Shown here one piece after another: positions 1 to 14,400 of a stretch of 64,000 nucleotides of DNA. Numbering within the stretch: the first letter of the stretch is position 1; every line of letters starts with the position of its first letter. The DNA lies in the NCBI GenBank assembly GCA_016748015.1, contig JAAOMT010000226.1, positions 912,604 through 976,603 of the forward strand. The letters run 5' to 3'. The stretch is from Geosiphon pyriformis uo1 (Eukaryota; Fungi; Glomeromycota). Below the pieces are notes generated by a model. The model was not told the DNA's origin and did no database searches. It saw nothing but the letters and a program-made list of their open reading frames with translations. The position numbers and the translations under genes are program-made.

Positions 1-3000
1 AAAAAACTTAATATTATCTTTAATTATTAATTATAAATCAAAAAAAAACTATATAAAAACTAAAATATAGTTTTAACATAAATTATTTTAATCTTTGCAA
101 TTTTATTAAATATTAAAATAAATATTATTAGAAACAGTATTTTTAAAAAACAAAAAAATGCTTTAGTATTCTAATTAATTTAATTTTTAAAATTAGATAA
201 TTTAATAAATTAATTATTTAAAGTTATATAAAACAACATAATTTGTTTAATTTTTAAAACTAAAAATGATTAACTAAAATTTAATAGATTAAGCAATTCA
301 ATTATGTATTAATTAAAACTAGTTTTAACAAATATATTATTGCTATTAATATTTAAAAAAAATAACTGTTGTTTATAACGAAATTTAAATTGAATATTAT
401 AATTGATATAATTATAAAATCGATATAAATATTAAAAAAACCAAGTAAAGTTAATATTTTATTTTTTATAAAAAGAAACAAACTTTAAAATATAAATAAT
501 ACTCTAAAAATACCAAAAAATAACTTTTTTTAAGTATTTTAAAAAATTAATAATTTTAAAAAAAGAAAAAAAGTTGTTTCTTTACTCTTTTAATTTTTTT
601 GGTTATTTAAATAAATATAAAAAAAATAATAAAAGAAAGCTTGTTAAAAATTCTAAATTTTTTATAGAAATAACAACTATATAAAAACTAGTTTTAATTA
701 GCTATTTAAAAAAAATTATAAAAAAAATTTTTAACCAAAAACAAAATTAGTTTATTACTATTTTATTTAAAAATTATTCTTATAGAATATTATTAAACAA
801 TTTTAACAATTATAAATGCTTTATTAATAAAAATATTATTAAATATTTTAGAAAATAAAAGAATTGCAATTTTTTTACTCTTTGTTTTAAATGTAATTAT
901 AAAATACAAAAAAAAAAGCTTTTTTTTTAATTATTTTAAAACTTTTATTAATTTTATAAATATTTAAAAAATAATATTAAATTAACAATTATAAGATCAT
1001 ATTTGTTTATAAATTTTTTTTTATGTTTTTATAATTATAAGTAAAACAAAAAATAAAAAAAGGCAAAATTTTTTTTATTGCTGCTTAAATAATTAAAAAA
1101 ACAAAAAAACAAAATCTTTTTTTTTCAAACTTAAAACAAACAACTTTTTTGAATTATTAATAAAAATATTTTTTAATGTTTTTTAAAATAGTATTTTGTT
1201 TTAAAATCTGTCTTTTTTTTTATAAAAAATGAAACATTAACTTTTTTTGCTATTTTTACCAATTTTGTTATAATTACTGTAATTATAATTTCTATTATTA
1301 ATTTGTTTATAAATAATTATTTTTTTAATTTAAATAATATTATTAATAATATATTATTGAAGTTAGTTTTAATTAATATATAATTAAATTGCTTAATATT
1401 TTAAATTTTAGTTAATTATTATTAATTTTAAAGCAAAACAAGATATATTTTTATATATAATTTTTATCAATTAATTTATTAAGTTATTTAATTTCAAAAA
1501 TTAAATTAATTAAATAGAAATAAATTTTTTTTTTGTTTTTTAAAAATATTGCTAGTTTTATTAATATTTAAAAAAAAGTTATTAATTAATAAAAGTTTTA
1601 TTAATAGATAGTTTTTATTTAATATTTAATAAAATTATTAAAATTAAATTAATTTATGTTAAAACTATTATTACAAATAATATAACTTTTAGTGTTTAAT
1701 TATGTAATATTAAACTTTAAAAGTTTTGGTATTTTGAAGATTTTTATAGTATTAAAAAATTTTAAGAATTTTTTCTAAGTAATTTATTTGTAAAAATATT
1801 TTTTATAAAAAATAAAATATTTAAGTTTTTTTTTATGAAATAATATTATTAATAGTTAATAATTAATTGGTTTATTATAATTTTTAATTGAATTTAATTT
1901 ATATTATTCAATTATAATTAATAAAATCTATTTAAAATTAATTCTAAAGTGTATTTTCTCTTTTATTTAACTATTATAATATAAAATTACTTATTAATCA
2001 GTTGAATTAAATTGTTTATAAATTATTTCTTGCTTTTTTAAATTAATTACATTTGGCTTTAAATAAAAAAAGTTAAGTATATTTTAATAATAAAAATAGA
2101 AAAAACAATTCATAGATTTTGAAATAAAAAAATATTTTATTAAAATTCAAAAAATAAAAAAATAAACAAATTTAGTTCTTCTTAAAAAATAATATCTTAA
2201 TTTGAAAATATATTTTTTTAAGCTAAAATTACTTATATATATACATATTTTTAGTTTTATAAAATAGTTTTTAAAAACTTAATATCTACTATTATTATTA
2301 TATTATTTAATATTATTAAATATAATTTGTTATTTTATATTATTATTAATTATTTTATGTTATTTTATATTATTGTATAATATTACATATTAATTATGTT
2401 TTTTTGTATTTGGTTAGTTTTTTATTCTGATAATACTATATTTTATTTATTATGTAATTTTTTTGGTTTTAAAATTAATTATTAAAAACAATATTTGACT
2501 TTTTTATATAAAGTTTATATATTAGGTTTTTTAGATATTGTTACTTATATTAAATTTATTAATTTAATATTTTTTATTACTTTTAAGATTATAAAATTTT
2601 TTATAATATCTAAATTTGTTTTGTTTTTATTGTTATTATTGTTGTTTTTTTATTAAATATAACTTATAAATTTTCTATATATAATTAAATATAAGTTTAA
2701 TTTAAATTATATTAAATTTAATAAAAAAAATTCATTTTAAAAAAATATTTTGTATATATAAACAATTAATATATTATTATTTTAAATTATATTACTTATT
2801 TATTTGGCAGTTTATGTTTTTAACTTAATATTAAATATTTAATATTTTTTTATTAATTTTAATATTTAGAATATTTATATTATTATGTTTAATTCTATAT
2901 TTTATTTTAAGTTTAACAATTTTTTTATTTAATTTATTAACAATTTTTTTAAAAACAATAATTTTATTTTAAAAGACATAATATTTTTTTAACTTTATAT

Positions 3001-3905
3001 ACATAAAACAGAAGAAATATTAATTAATTTTATTATTATAAAAACTAAAATATTAATAAATTTAACAATAAATTTAATTAACAAAGCCAGTTTAAATTTC
3101 AAAAAAACTAATTTAAGACTAATTACAAATTAATAAAAACAGTAACAACAATAACAAAAAAGACTAAAAAAACAAAAATTTTGACATAAGATTTAATACC
3201 AATAAAATAAAGCTTAAAAATATTATAAATTTGAAAAGTAACTTTAAAAAAAAATTATTTTGTTAAAACCAGATAATTTGAATCTTAATATTTAAAATAA
3301 TACTAATATTTAAAAATTTTTTATTAAAAATAATATCTTTTTAAAATATTAGTTTAAATAATTATAATATTCGAATTTTTTTAATAATTAAAAATAATAA
3401 TTGTATCTTTTAATTCCTAAACAAAATTAAAAAACAAAAAATTAAATTAATATAATTATAAATTTGAAAATCTAACTTATTAATCTTAAAAGCTGTGTAA
3501 TCAAAAAAAAAGATTAATTAACTTAGTTTTAAATATATTATAAGAAACAATAATTTTTTATTAATTAAAAAAAATTTAATATTATCATTTATTATTAAAA
3601 TTAACCAAAAAATAAAAGATGTTTTAATAGTTTTAAAACTTTTAAAATATATAATAATATATTGTTATTGATTAATAAGTTTTAAATTAATTCTAAAAAC
3701 TTTACTAAAAATATTTATAGTATTTTTAATATTATTAAAAAAGATTTAAAAAAGAATATTATGCAAAAAAATAACAAAACAAAAATAACAACAAATATTA
3801 TAAAAAATTTAACAATTTTTATCTTAAAAAAAATATAAAATTACCAAACTAAATTCAAATAATAGTATTTAAAAAAATTAAAATATACACTTTATATAAA
3901 ACAGA
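1..3905. repeat. Extremely AT-rich degenerate repeat family (multiple copies, both orientations)
   Basis: No ORFs. ~130-320 recurs as reverse complement at ~1360-1560; ~780-900 matches 11280-11400; ~3050-3180 matches the reverse complement of 31450-31570 and ~38760-38900; ~2200-2400 matches the reverse complement of ~41430-41620. Confidence 0.75.
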
Positions 3906-4062
3906 TTAATATTGTTTTTATTTTATTTTATTTTTATTTTTATTATTTAATGAGTGAAATCCAAACACTGCCTAGAATTATACATTATGTAAATAATCTA
4001 AACTAAGTGTAAATTATGCACTTTCTACACGTAACCAGCCATTCAAACCAATCAAAACAATA

Positions 4063-7000
4063 CTAAGTACTTATATGAACCAAAACCACATTATTTATAC
4101 CTAAGAAAAATAAGCAGGGCTTATGAAACTTGAAACCAACACCAATTGTCTTGGCAATGCTCAATAACTCAACTATGTCAGCTGAAAGCACCAAAGGAAG
4201 TCCAAGAATTGAGAGAAAAGCAGACCCATTATACAGAATAAGCCCATTTTTTTTCATAAACATGTAGTGTTTGGCACAAACCAACCAAATGTCCTTCCAA
4301 AATGCAAAACTAAACTCGTGCACAAAGGCCACAATATTTTGACCCACTATTTTGAAATCTTTAAAAATAGAAACAAACTTATGAAACCAATCTCTGAAGA
4401 CAAAACTTTTACACAGCATCATGCTAACCAAAATGTCAGAGACACAAGTAGACAATAGCTGTAAGATACCCAAGGAGGAGTGAATCAGACTGGAGCATAC
4501 TCTCCAAACAGATACATGAATGTCCAACAATTAAGCACAACTAGCAGCATCAAACAAACAAGAAAAAGCATGGTCTGAAATCTCGACATCACCATAGAAC
4601 AGACACACTACATTAAGGTAATGCCTATTATAAAACTGCTTATGCACAGTGACAGAAAGCTAATAGTACAACACTTTCATAAAATATGTCTGGAAGCCAG
4701 CTGTCTACTTGCTAGTAAAGCCAGTGGCCATGTGAGAATTCAGATGCCAAACTAGAGACAACTTAAGCCAGTCAATATCTGCATGTAAACAGTCTGCTAT
4801 TATTTGAGAACTGGAACTGACTTCCTATTGTGCATAATGAACAGACCAAAAAACATCCTGAACAAAATGCCTAGAATTACTAGAAACAGTTGCACCACCA
4901 GCTCTAAGGTAGTATTCATTAACCAAGTGGAACAAATGCCAATTAGAAAGGACAACAGTCTTGGCCAACTCATTAGCATGCTCATTGCCTGAAACTCCCA
5001 AGTGATTTTTAATCTTATGCCAAATAATATTCAAATTTTTATGATGAATAACACTGGTAATGTGGTGGCATTCAATCCAACACTTATTTTTGAAATCTGG
5101 GTAAGCCAGTTCCAACTCTGACTTGTATGCATCCAAACCAGCTTAACTGTCTGAGAACAACTCAACTGAGCAAAAAGAAAGAACACACTCAAGAGCCAGA
5201 GCAATGACCTGTAATTCCATCATGGTAGAGAACATCAAACCAGACACTTCTACACCCAAACCCATACCTATGTTCTCAAAGAAAATGGCAGCTCCAGTTT
5301 TCATATCAAGAGTTCCTAAACTGCTCAAAGACCTATCCATATAGACAAAAAGATGATCAACATTAGCACACAACAACTTATCACTAATGAGACCAAAATT
5401 ATGAGACTGGAACACATCCAAAAAGCCACAATTGTCTGAAGATGAAGAATGAATAGACAGAGAAGACACACTGCCAAGAAACTGAACAGAAAAGTTAAAC
5501 CAGATAGGAACTGGACCATATGGGTTCAACCACTTCTAATGTTTAAAGGTCTTCCAATTAAATATAGCACTACTCCAGTCACATAGTTGGTCTACAAAGA
5601 CAATTCTATAATACCAAAGTGAAGAGACATATCTGAGATAATTTGACTCACTAAGAACAAGAGACATTGGGGTTCTACCATAATGACGAAAAGCACTGGA
5701 CGGAGAACCACTCAAAGACAAATTGCTTCTAAAAAAAATACACATTATACCTGCCAAAAAGTTATTTAAAGAGTTGATCTTGATATGAATTAGATACTGT
5801 AAAGGGTGAAGTGAATACCAACAAAAAACCTGAAGATTATGTGACTGGTGAGAAAACAGTCTATCCAAAATTCCAACAGAGTTCATAAAAGAAACAACTG
5901 AGGCCACTTTGCTTTCAGCCTGAATCTGCTTAAAGGTTTTTAAACTGTATAGGAAAGGATAATGAATAGCATCATTAGGAAAATCTTGCAGCAAGCCAGA
6001 CTTAGACTTCAAGCCCTTATAGATTAAAGTGTTCTACTTATTGTACACACTGGTAGGAACAAAACTGAATTGCATTCTATAGCCAATAATAGGATACAGG
6101 ATTGCCAAGACCAAATATGAAAACTGCTTATCAAAAACCACCTTTTTTAGGACTAGGTTAGCAAAAAACTGGACATTAGAATTTGCCTTAGCCAAGCTAA
6201 GCTTAGAAAAACCCTCAGTGGACAAAAAGATTCTCAGATAGTGATACAATTCCCCTTTTTTGGCAACAAAAATAAGTAACCCACTGATCAACAGAGAGGG
6301 ATTTATTACTTTATAGTTGATGGGTATGGTCACAGTTTTGTTATTATTAATAGAAATATCATTGATGTCAAAAAATTCATTAGCAACATTGAGAATGTGC
6401 TGCATAGCACTTTGACTGCTATCAACCTATATAGTATTATCAACAAAAGCACTTGCAGCAAAAAAAGAAAAGAAACCAGCCCAAGATTTAGCATGACCAC
6501 ATTTAAAAATAAAGTAAGAATTCAACTTATATCTACATCCATTTGCTTGTCTTTTGATCTCATACAGAAGAGGATCATAAAATATGTGCCAAAAAAGCAG
6601 TGAAAACATCTCTCCCTGGTCTAAGTCATTATGTACCCTGTACTCATTTGACAAACCAAAATCTGTCATAATCCTATTAATACAACCATTATAAATGTTC
6701 TTAAAAAATCTAATAAACCTGTTGCACATTTTTATCCTAACCAAACTGCTTCAAAAATGTTCCCATCCAACAGAATTATAAGCTTTCTGCATGTCCTACA
6801 AGACCAACCAGAGTTTATAATTCTTTTTTAAAGCATTCTCAATAACCAAACCAATGGCAAAAATAAGAGACTATGTTGTTGTACCCCTCAAAACTGAAAA
6901 ATTGTTTCCACACAAAACATCATAAGTATTACATGCCAATGAGATCTTATCTAAGAGAATCTTGGAAAAAATTTTACAGGCAGTCTCAATCAAGGTGATA

Positions 7001-8750
7001 GGATAGGTGTTTGTAAAAACTCCCTTCCATTCATATGGCTTGGAAATTATCAAAACCCAAGCTTCTTTCCAGGCACTGGGTATTAACTTATGGATCAGAC
7101 AAGAATTTAAAAGCATTAAAAGCATATTCAAGACTAATTTGTCACAATGCTTCCAAAGCTCATTCAAAATTCCAGAAAGACCAGCAGCTTTGCCCTCAGG
7201 TAGATTAAAAACTACAACAAGCAATTTGTCAAAGATAACAAGACACATTATACCCAAAAAGGCATCATTGAAAACATACTCCAAAAGCTGGTATTGTCAT
7301 GACCAATTATCTGAAATATCAGACACCATTCTGTGTTTTCTGGTCCAACCTTCTATAATTTCATTTACTCCAGATTTAACTAAGCTGGGCTCTAATACCA
7401 ACTCATCTTTCACAATCAGATGGTCCAATACCACTTTGTAAAAAGACTGCTCCAAAACACTTCTGATGATGTGTTCCTTGTCAGATTTAAAACTCTCTAT
7501 CCTTCTATTAACAGTTGTCTTGACATGTGATTTCTCAATGTGTCTGGATTCCAGCAACTTAGAAGAGCAGTAAAATTTTTTCATCTTAGCCAAGACTGAC
7601 CAAATTACGTCAAAATTGGAACCTGATAAAAATAAAGATTTTATCACCAATGCACCAACAGCATCAAACTTGATCTATGTATTCAACAATGATGCAAATT
7701 TTACACTAGAAATCAAATAGGAGGCTTTAATTAGCTTAGACACCAACAACTCCAGCTTATAAAATCTAGAAGACTCTTTGGTGAAAGCTTCATCATAACC
7801 CTTAAACCATTTCTTTTTGAATGTTCCACTTGCTGAGAGACACATTATTTTGTGAACAGCATCCCACATAGTGTCCAAATTCAAAAATACTGCAGAAGTG
7901 GCAAAATCACTTGAGAACATTACAGCATTGGCTGATGTAACACCCTTAAAATTGTTCTATTCCTTTTTTCCAGCATGTTTAAAATTGAATTTCAACAGTT
8001 TTTATTTGCCTGTTTGCGAAGAGAGTTTAAATACATATCCAAAAGCCCACCCAAATCTATAGACACAAAAACAGCCTGGTGATCTGTGTTAAAATGCTCA
8101 TCAACTCCAAAAATGTTATGATGTATTATTGTGCTGGCCAGATTTGAAGAAACCAACACATAATCAATTATTTTCATGATGTTTTTAGAGTTTTTTCAAG
8201 TAGGCTTCTTCAACATTACACTCCTAACTAAAAAATTAACCAGACCAAGATCAAGATATCTTTTGAAACTTGTACTTTTGTGCAAATCGTTTTCATTGAA
8301 GTTACTATCAAGAATAATAAAAGAAGATTTGTTTACAGCCTTTGCAATGAAAGAGTTGATTTCATCAGTCTGAAAGAAGCAAACTGCATGAGAAGCACTA
8401 GCATATAGTTCTAAAACTGAAACTGAAAGTTTATTCTTGAAAAGCAACTTGATAGACAGGAGCCAACCAGGCACTTCTGAAACTCTATACACATGTCTCA
8501 CCAAAGAAGAGTTCATAATGACCACAACACCAGCACCCAGATGACCAGATTCCAAACCAGAGGTAAACACCCAAACACCATCAAATTTGTTGACTATCCA
8601 GGAGCAAACTTTCTCTCTCAACTTTAATTCTATAAAAATAGAAACTAAATTGTTTTTGTCTTTGTGCCAATGAATGACATCATCTTGTTTCGCAGGATTG
8701 TTTAATCCTTTAACATTGCACATGACAAACTTTTAAACCAGACTGGTCAT
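4063..8750 (-). pseudogene. LINE copy 1 ORF2: APE endonuclease, RT, RNase H, C-terminal zinc finger; many stops
   Basis: APE motifs (CNVKGLNN, ILDSNFNE, IDYVLVS, TDH); RT motifs (KAAGLSGI, YPITLI, LDQG, FVDNTI from FVDD); RNase H motifs (YMDRS, ELQVI, LFSDS, KNHLGVSGNEHANELAK). Confidence 0.92.
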
Positions 8751-8789
8751 TGAGAAGAGGGTTTGGAAAATGCACCATCAGCCAAAATT

Positions 8790-10546
8790 GAATCATTAAA
8801 TCTTGTTATCAGACTTAGAACTGAAGCAGAAAGTTCTTTCAACATGTTTTCTAATTTTTTACTTTAGAAGAGGCAGAAGAGTCCAAATTTGCAGCAGTCT
8901 TACTACTTGTGGTCCCACCTAAACTCTCTCTCATCACTATATCACCCACTTAATCCTGTGATGAAAGGGTCATTGGCAGCTGACATCCAGGGCTAGGCTG
9001 GAAAACTGCCAGCACGAATGAGTTCAACCTCTTAGCCAACTCACTAATCTGTCCCGCAAGACTGATAAGACTGCTTTCCAAAACTGCAAATTTTTTCTCA
9101 ATGTCAAATGTAACAGAAAGGGTAGGCTTCATCTCCAAAGAGGAGCCAGGATTAACTAAACCATTCTTTACAGGGAAGAGAAGGAACAAAAATTCACTAG
9201 CTATCTTTGCCCATAACATTCCATTAAAAGCAACAAAATGAGCAATAGGAGCTGAACACTTGGAATAGATAGCAGCCAATCTGCTTTTATCTACATCTAA
9301 AAGTGACATATGAGATAGTCTGCCAGAATACAAACTCTTACTCACAGAACAGTCCAATGATGTATGTCCTGTTTTCTCACACTTGGCACACTTAGAAAAA
9401 CCCAGACAAGACCACTGCAAATTGACCCCTTTCAACACAAGTGTGGTTCCCATAACAGCATTCAAAGACTCAGCCAAATCAAAACAAACAATGGCACACC
9501 TGGCCTGGGCATATGTAATAGGATGCTGGTTAATTACACACATTTTTCCACTCACAGAACCAATAAAATCCCAAATGTCATGAGCATTTGTTTCCACAAA
9601 AAAGAGTATAGAGCAGTGCCCTATGATTGTCTTTCACATCCCATAATTCTTTGTTTATATTAAACCTAGCAACATGCACCACATCTTTTCTGATTAAGAT
9701 AGACCATCTTGCTGCGACCAAATCAGCATGATCTATTTGGTCAAACTTAATTATTGTTTTCTGTTACAGCCTCACTAATTGCATTTTGATCAACTTAATT
9801 GACCCAAATTCAGACAGTGCAGCATGTACAGCCTTAACTGATGGCTCAACTGGAATTTCTTTTAACATTACAGCCTGATCTGAATGCCCAGTAGATTTTT
9901 TGAGATTGGCATTAACTAAGATTTTTGTATCAATAGCCTTTTTAGTGGCTTTTATTAAACCCAATTTAGAAGTAAATGTTGCTCGGATGATCCCAGAAAA
10001 TTTTGAAGAAGTAAAGGCCCTCTCAAAACCATTGATTCCTGAAAATAATTTCCTGATCATTGAAAGCTTATTCTAAGAAGACTTTCTAGTTACTTCATCC
10101 AGTCCAATGTTCAAAGCAAAAGATTTCCGAACAGAGACATTAACCAAATTCTTCAAAGTAGGGGGAAGTTCTAAAGAACTATCTAACAGAATATTATTCA
10201 TACCACCATAATCTGTGAAATCTATTTTCCCTAATAGCTTGCTTAATGCTTTCTTAGTCTTGATTCCTGGTCTTTTAGGCATCTGATTAGGATCCCCATT
10301 AGTAAGAACACTATTTTCTTCATAGTCAAAGCTGGTTTCTTCAACCAAACATTTTTCTTCCATGTCAATACTATCAGACTCAGTGGTATTGTCAATTTCA
10401 GACCCCCATGAATGACCACTTGGCTCCTTAGCAGATCTTCTTTTGTCTCCAACATTCTCTTCTAAAGCATCACCCTTCCTTTTCTTCCTTGGCAAAACAG
10501 GTTTAAAACCTCCACCAAAGCCAGAATCTTTAACAATCTTTTTCAT
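8790..10546 (-). pseudogene. LINE copy 1 ORF1 (nucleic-acid-binding protein with CCHC knuckle), disrupted
   Basis: ORF fragments 10073-10546, 9764-10060 and 8950-9597; knuckle CAKCEKTGHTSLDC. Confidence 0.85.
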
Positions 10547-10704
10547 AATAACAATACTGGGGCCAACTATGGCCTTGAAATCAAAAAAAAGTTAGGATTT
10601 ATCGTACTAAATTGTAAAAAACTTCTTTTAGAAAAAACTTTTGACTCTTTTTTGGGGATTTAGGATGAAAGAGAGAAAAAAGTTTTTTTTTAATATTGTT
10701 TTTA

Positions 10705-11410
10705 AAATTATATAAAGATTAAAAAATAGTTTTAATATAAATTAACTTAATTTTAAAAAATATTAAACAATAAAATTAATATTATTTATTCAAAAAATTT
10801 TTAATGATTATTAATTATTTTTTAAATATTATTAAAAACAATATTACCAAAAAACAAAAAAAAATTCTTAAGTTTTTATTTAATTATTTTAATTTTTGAA
10901 ATTAAATAACTTAATAGACTAATTAATTAAAATTATATATAAAAACATAACTTGTTTTGTTTATAAAACTGGTAAAAATTAATTAAAAATCAATATATTA
11001 AATAATACAGCCAAAGATTAATTTAAACCAAAATTAATTAATATGTTTCTATTACTGTTCAAAATAAAACTTTTTTCTATTTACAATCAATAAAACTAAA
11101 TATTATAATTAATATATATAATATAAAATTAATAAAAAAACTGGCTTTAAAATATTAAGGTTAAAATCAAAAACATTAAAAAATATTTTATTATTATTTC
11201 AAAAGAATTATAACTAAATATAATAAAGACTAAAAAAATTGTTTTGGTTTTTTTAGTTATTTAAATAACAATAAAAAAAATATTTTTATAAAAAATTATT
11301 AAATAGTTTTAATAATTGTAAATACTTTACTAATAAAAATATTATTAAATATTTTAAAAAATAAAAGGTTTACAATATTTTACTTTTTGTTTTAGTTGTA
11401 ATTATAAAAA
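10705..11410. repeat. Segment of the AT-rich repeat family between the two head-to-head LINEs
   Basis: Matches ~10-900 and the reverse complement of ~37790-38320. Confidence 0.7.
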
Positions 11411-14400
11411 AATAAATAAAAAAAACTTCTTTTTCTCTTTTGTCCAAATTCTCCAAAGAGCAATTTTTGAAAAAAAAGTTTTTTTGTTTTTATCTTGCTT
11501 GCTTTATTACTCTCACCATTTCTCAAGCTAATAACCCATTTGTAGTGGACTTGGAAGCTGCTTTAAGTAGCAGTATGTCTAAGAAAAAGACTCTAAAGGG
11601 TGCTTTTCATGGTTCTGTTGGTAGAACTTTCTCTCAAAAAAAAAAGGTCTCTGTTAACAATATTAAACACTTTGGTAATAAAAGAAAAATCTTTCTGACT
11701 AAACCTGATATTAATAAGAGCATATATTTAGATATAAACAGTGAGTTCAGTAACAATAAGCTTGGTAATATCACAATGGGTTCAAATAGTGCTTTTTTTC
11801 TCAGTTCAGCTGTGACAACTTCTAAAGCTAAAAAGATCAATGTTGATTTAATTAGTAGTTCTCTTATTGGTACTATTGATTTTGGAATAGATAAGGATCT
11901 AAGTTACCTTTTTCCTTCTCTCAATATCTCTCTTGAAAAAAAGTAAATAAATTCTAAAGTGGTGAAAACTCAGGTTAAAGTGCCTATCAGGCAGTTTTTT
12001 GCTTTAGATATCAATCTCTTAGCTGTGGAAAAGAAATTAGTAACAGCAAAAACTTAGTTTGTTAAGAAAATTTTTTCAGTTGTTAATGGTTTTAGAAGAG
12101 CCACTACCCTTTTAAAATTTGAAGAGATTATCTGATCTACCTTCACATTAGAGAGCAGCATGGAAAAGGCTGTGACATTGGCCAAAAAAAATAGAATTGC
12201 CATAAACACTGATTTTAAGAAACAAAGAGTGCATTCAGATTGGGCCATAGTAATCAAAAAAATTCTCATGAATACACCAAAAAAGATAATTGTTATTACA
12301 ATCACCAAATTTGGAAAAATTAAATCAATCAAAATTCAACTAATCAGATTATGGCAAAAGACTGTGATAAAATTCACTGAATTAGATCAAGCTGATCTGT
12401 TGGCCTCAAGATAATCATTTTTGATTGAGAAAGATTCAGTATACATGACCAAAGCTGTGAGTAATTGGGAGATCTGGGTGTCTAGAGATTGGTACAGAGC
12501 ACTTTTGTTTACACTGCCAATGGAAACTATGGCTCATGATTTGGGTAATCTTTTGGAAGAGACTGGTGAGAAAACTTGCTTTATTAATCATTCACTGGAA
12601 ACTGGCAACAGAATCCACTGTGTTGTTGTTTGTTTTGAATCTAATATGACATTGGAATCTACATTTTATATGGAGCCAATTTTTAGTAGTATTAAACTTT
12701 TTTGGGCAAGGATAGATTTGGTTCAGTATAAGAAATGTGAAAGATTTGGTTATTCTGCTTTGAAATGTGATGCACCAGTTGCATCCACTTTTAAGTCTTT
12801 AAGAACATTTAAAAAGATTGTTTTTGATGAATGTCATTTTCAGTTAGCAAAGTTGTATAAGAAGAAAAGTGTTCTAATATTTTGCTCTGCTACCTTTGGT
12901 GGCAAATCTTGGGCCCAGGTGGTCTCATTTGTTGGTTCTCCTGATGGTTTTTACTTTATTTCTGGTTCTGGTTCCCCTTTTTCTAATGCTTTGGGTTTGA
13001 ATGGTGGTCTCTCTCTTGTTTCAGCTAATAATTCATCATTAGATGCTCATTTGGTCTCTTTGAAATAATTCTTAAAGCTATTGACTAATCAAGTTTTTAG
13101 TATTATGTGCAAGCTTGACAACATGGAATTGGTGTCACAGGTTCTATCTCTCTTCTCTAAAGTCTCGGCTATTTTAATTGCCACCAAAATGAATTTGGCT
13201 TCAAATATAATTGTAGACAGTTCTAAGTTGGTACTTTCACCTCTCTTTTTTGCTTTTTCTAACATTTTAACTTTGGGTTTAAGTAGTTTAAAAGTCTTGA
13301 TGACCAAAGTTGGCAGTTTAGAATCTAAGTTGATAACTCTTGAGGCTTCTGTTAGTTCAGTTTTGGCAAAGTTAAATTAGTTGTGTGTTGGTTCAGGTTT
13401 TTTGTTATCTTTTTCATCTTAATGAGTAGTTTGATCTGGAAAATAGCTATGTACAATATTTGGGATATCAATGTTTCTGCCAAGCAAAAAGATGTTGTTC
13501 ATTGGTATAAGGATATGAACAACTTGATTTTGATCATTACTGAGACTAAATTGAAAAATAAAGTCTGTCCATGGATTGCTGGCAAGTTTAAAGGTATCCA
13601 CATATTTACTTCTGGTTTAGATTCAGAATATCTGGGAGTTGGTGTTGTGATCATCATGAACTTTTTTTTGGCAAAACATGTGTACAAAGTTTCTGAGATG
13701 TCTGGTCAGCTTCTATCCATTAGATTGCTTTTTAAAAATAAACTTTCTGTGTCAGTCTTGGGGTTTTATGCTAGTGCTTTATCTGTGGTTTGGTTTTTAC
13801 AGACTAGTAAAATTAACTTTCTTATTGCGAAGACTGTTAATGAATCTTTTTTTATCATTCTTGGTGGTGACTTTAATGAAGATGATTTGCAAAAATGTAC
13901 TAGTTTTAAGAAGTGTATCAATTTGGCGCTGGTCAATTCTTTGGTGAGTAGTTTGATCATAAAGAGTCCTACATAGAGAAATTCAAGAGATGTAGAAAAA
14001 ACAATTGATTATGTATTGGTTTCATCAAATTTAATTAGTATGGTGGTGGATCATAATATCATAGACATTAGTAATCACTTTGACACTAATTATCAAGCTG
14101 TTTCTGTGTTAATGGGTCTGGGCAGTTTGCTGAACACTTAGTTGAACTCTTTTTGCAGACAAGCAAATAAAAATTGCTAGAAGTTTGATTTTAAGAGTGC
14201 TAACAATACAAAGTAAAGCAAGTTTAAAGATGCTATGGCAGCCAATGCTGTCATGCTCTCTGATAATTTTATCACTTCTGAGCAATTTTTGGACTTGGAT
14301 ACAATGTGAAATGCAGTTCACAAGATTATTATGCTATTAGCAAATGAAATATTCAGAAAAAAATGGTTTAAAAGTTTTGATGGTATTTTTACTAAGAACT

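Larger units (their letters stand above)
3921..10689 (-). mobile_element. Full-length degenerate non-LTR retrotransposon (L1/Tad-like LINE with RNase H), copy 1
   Basis: 15-bp TSD ttaatattgttttta at 3906-3920 and 10690-10704; A-rich 3' tail at 3921-3950; ORF1 and ORF2 fragments in order on the minus strand. Confidence 0.93.
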
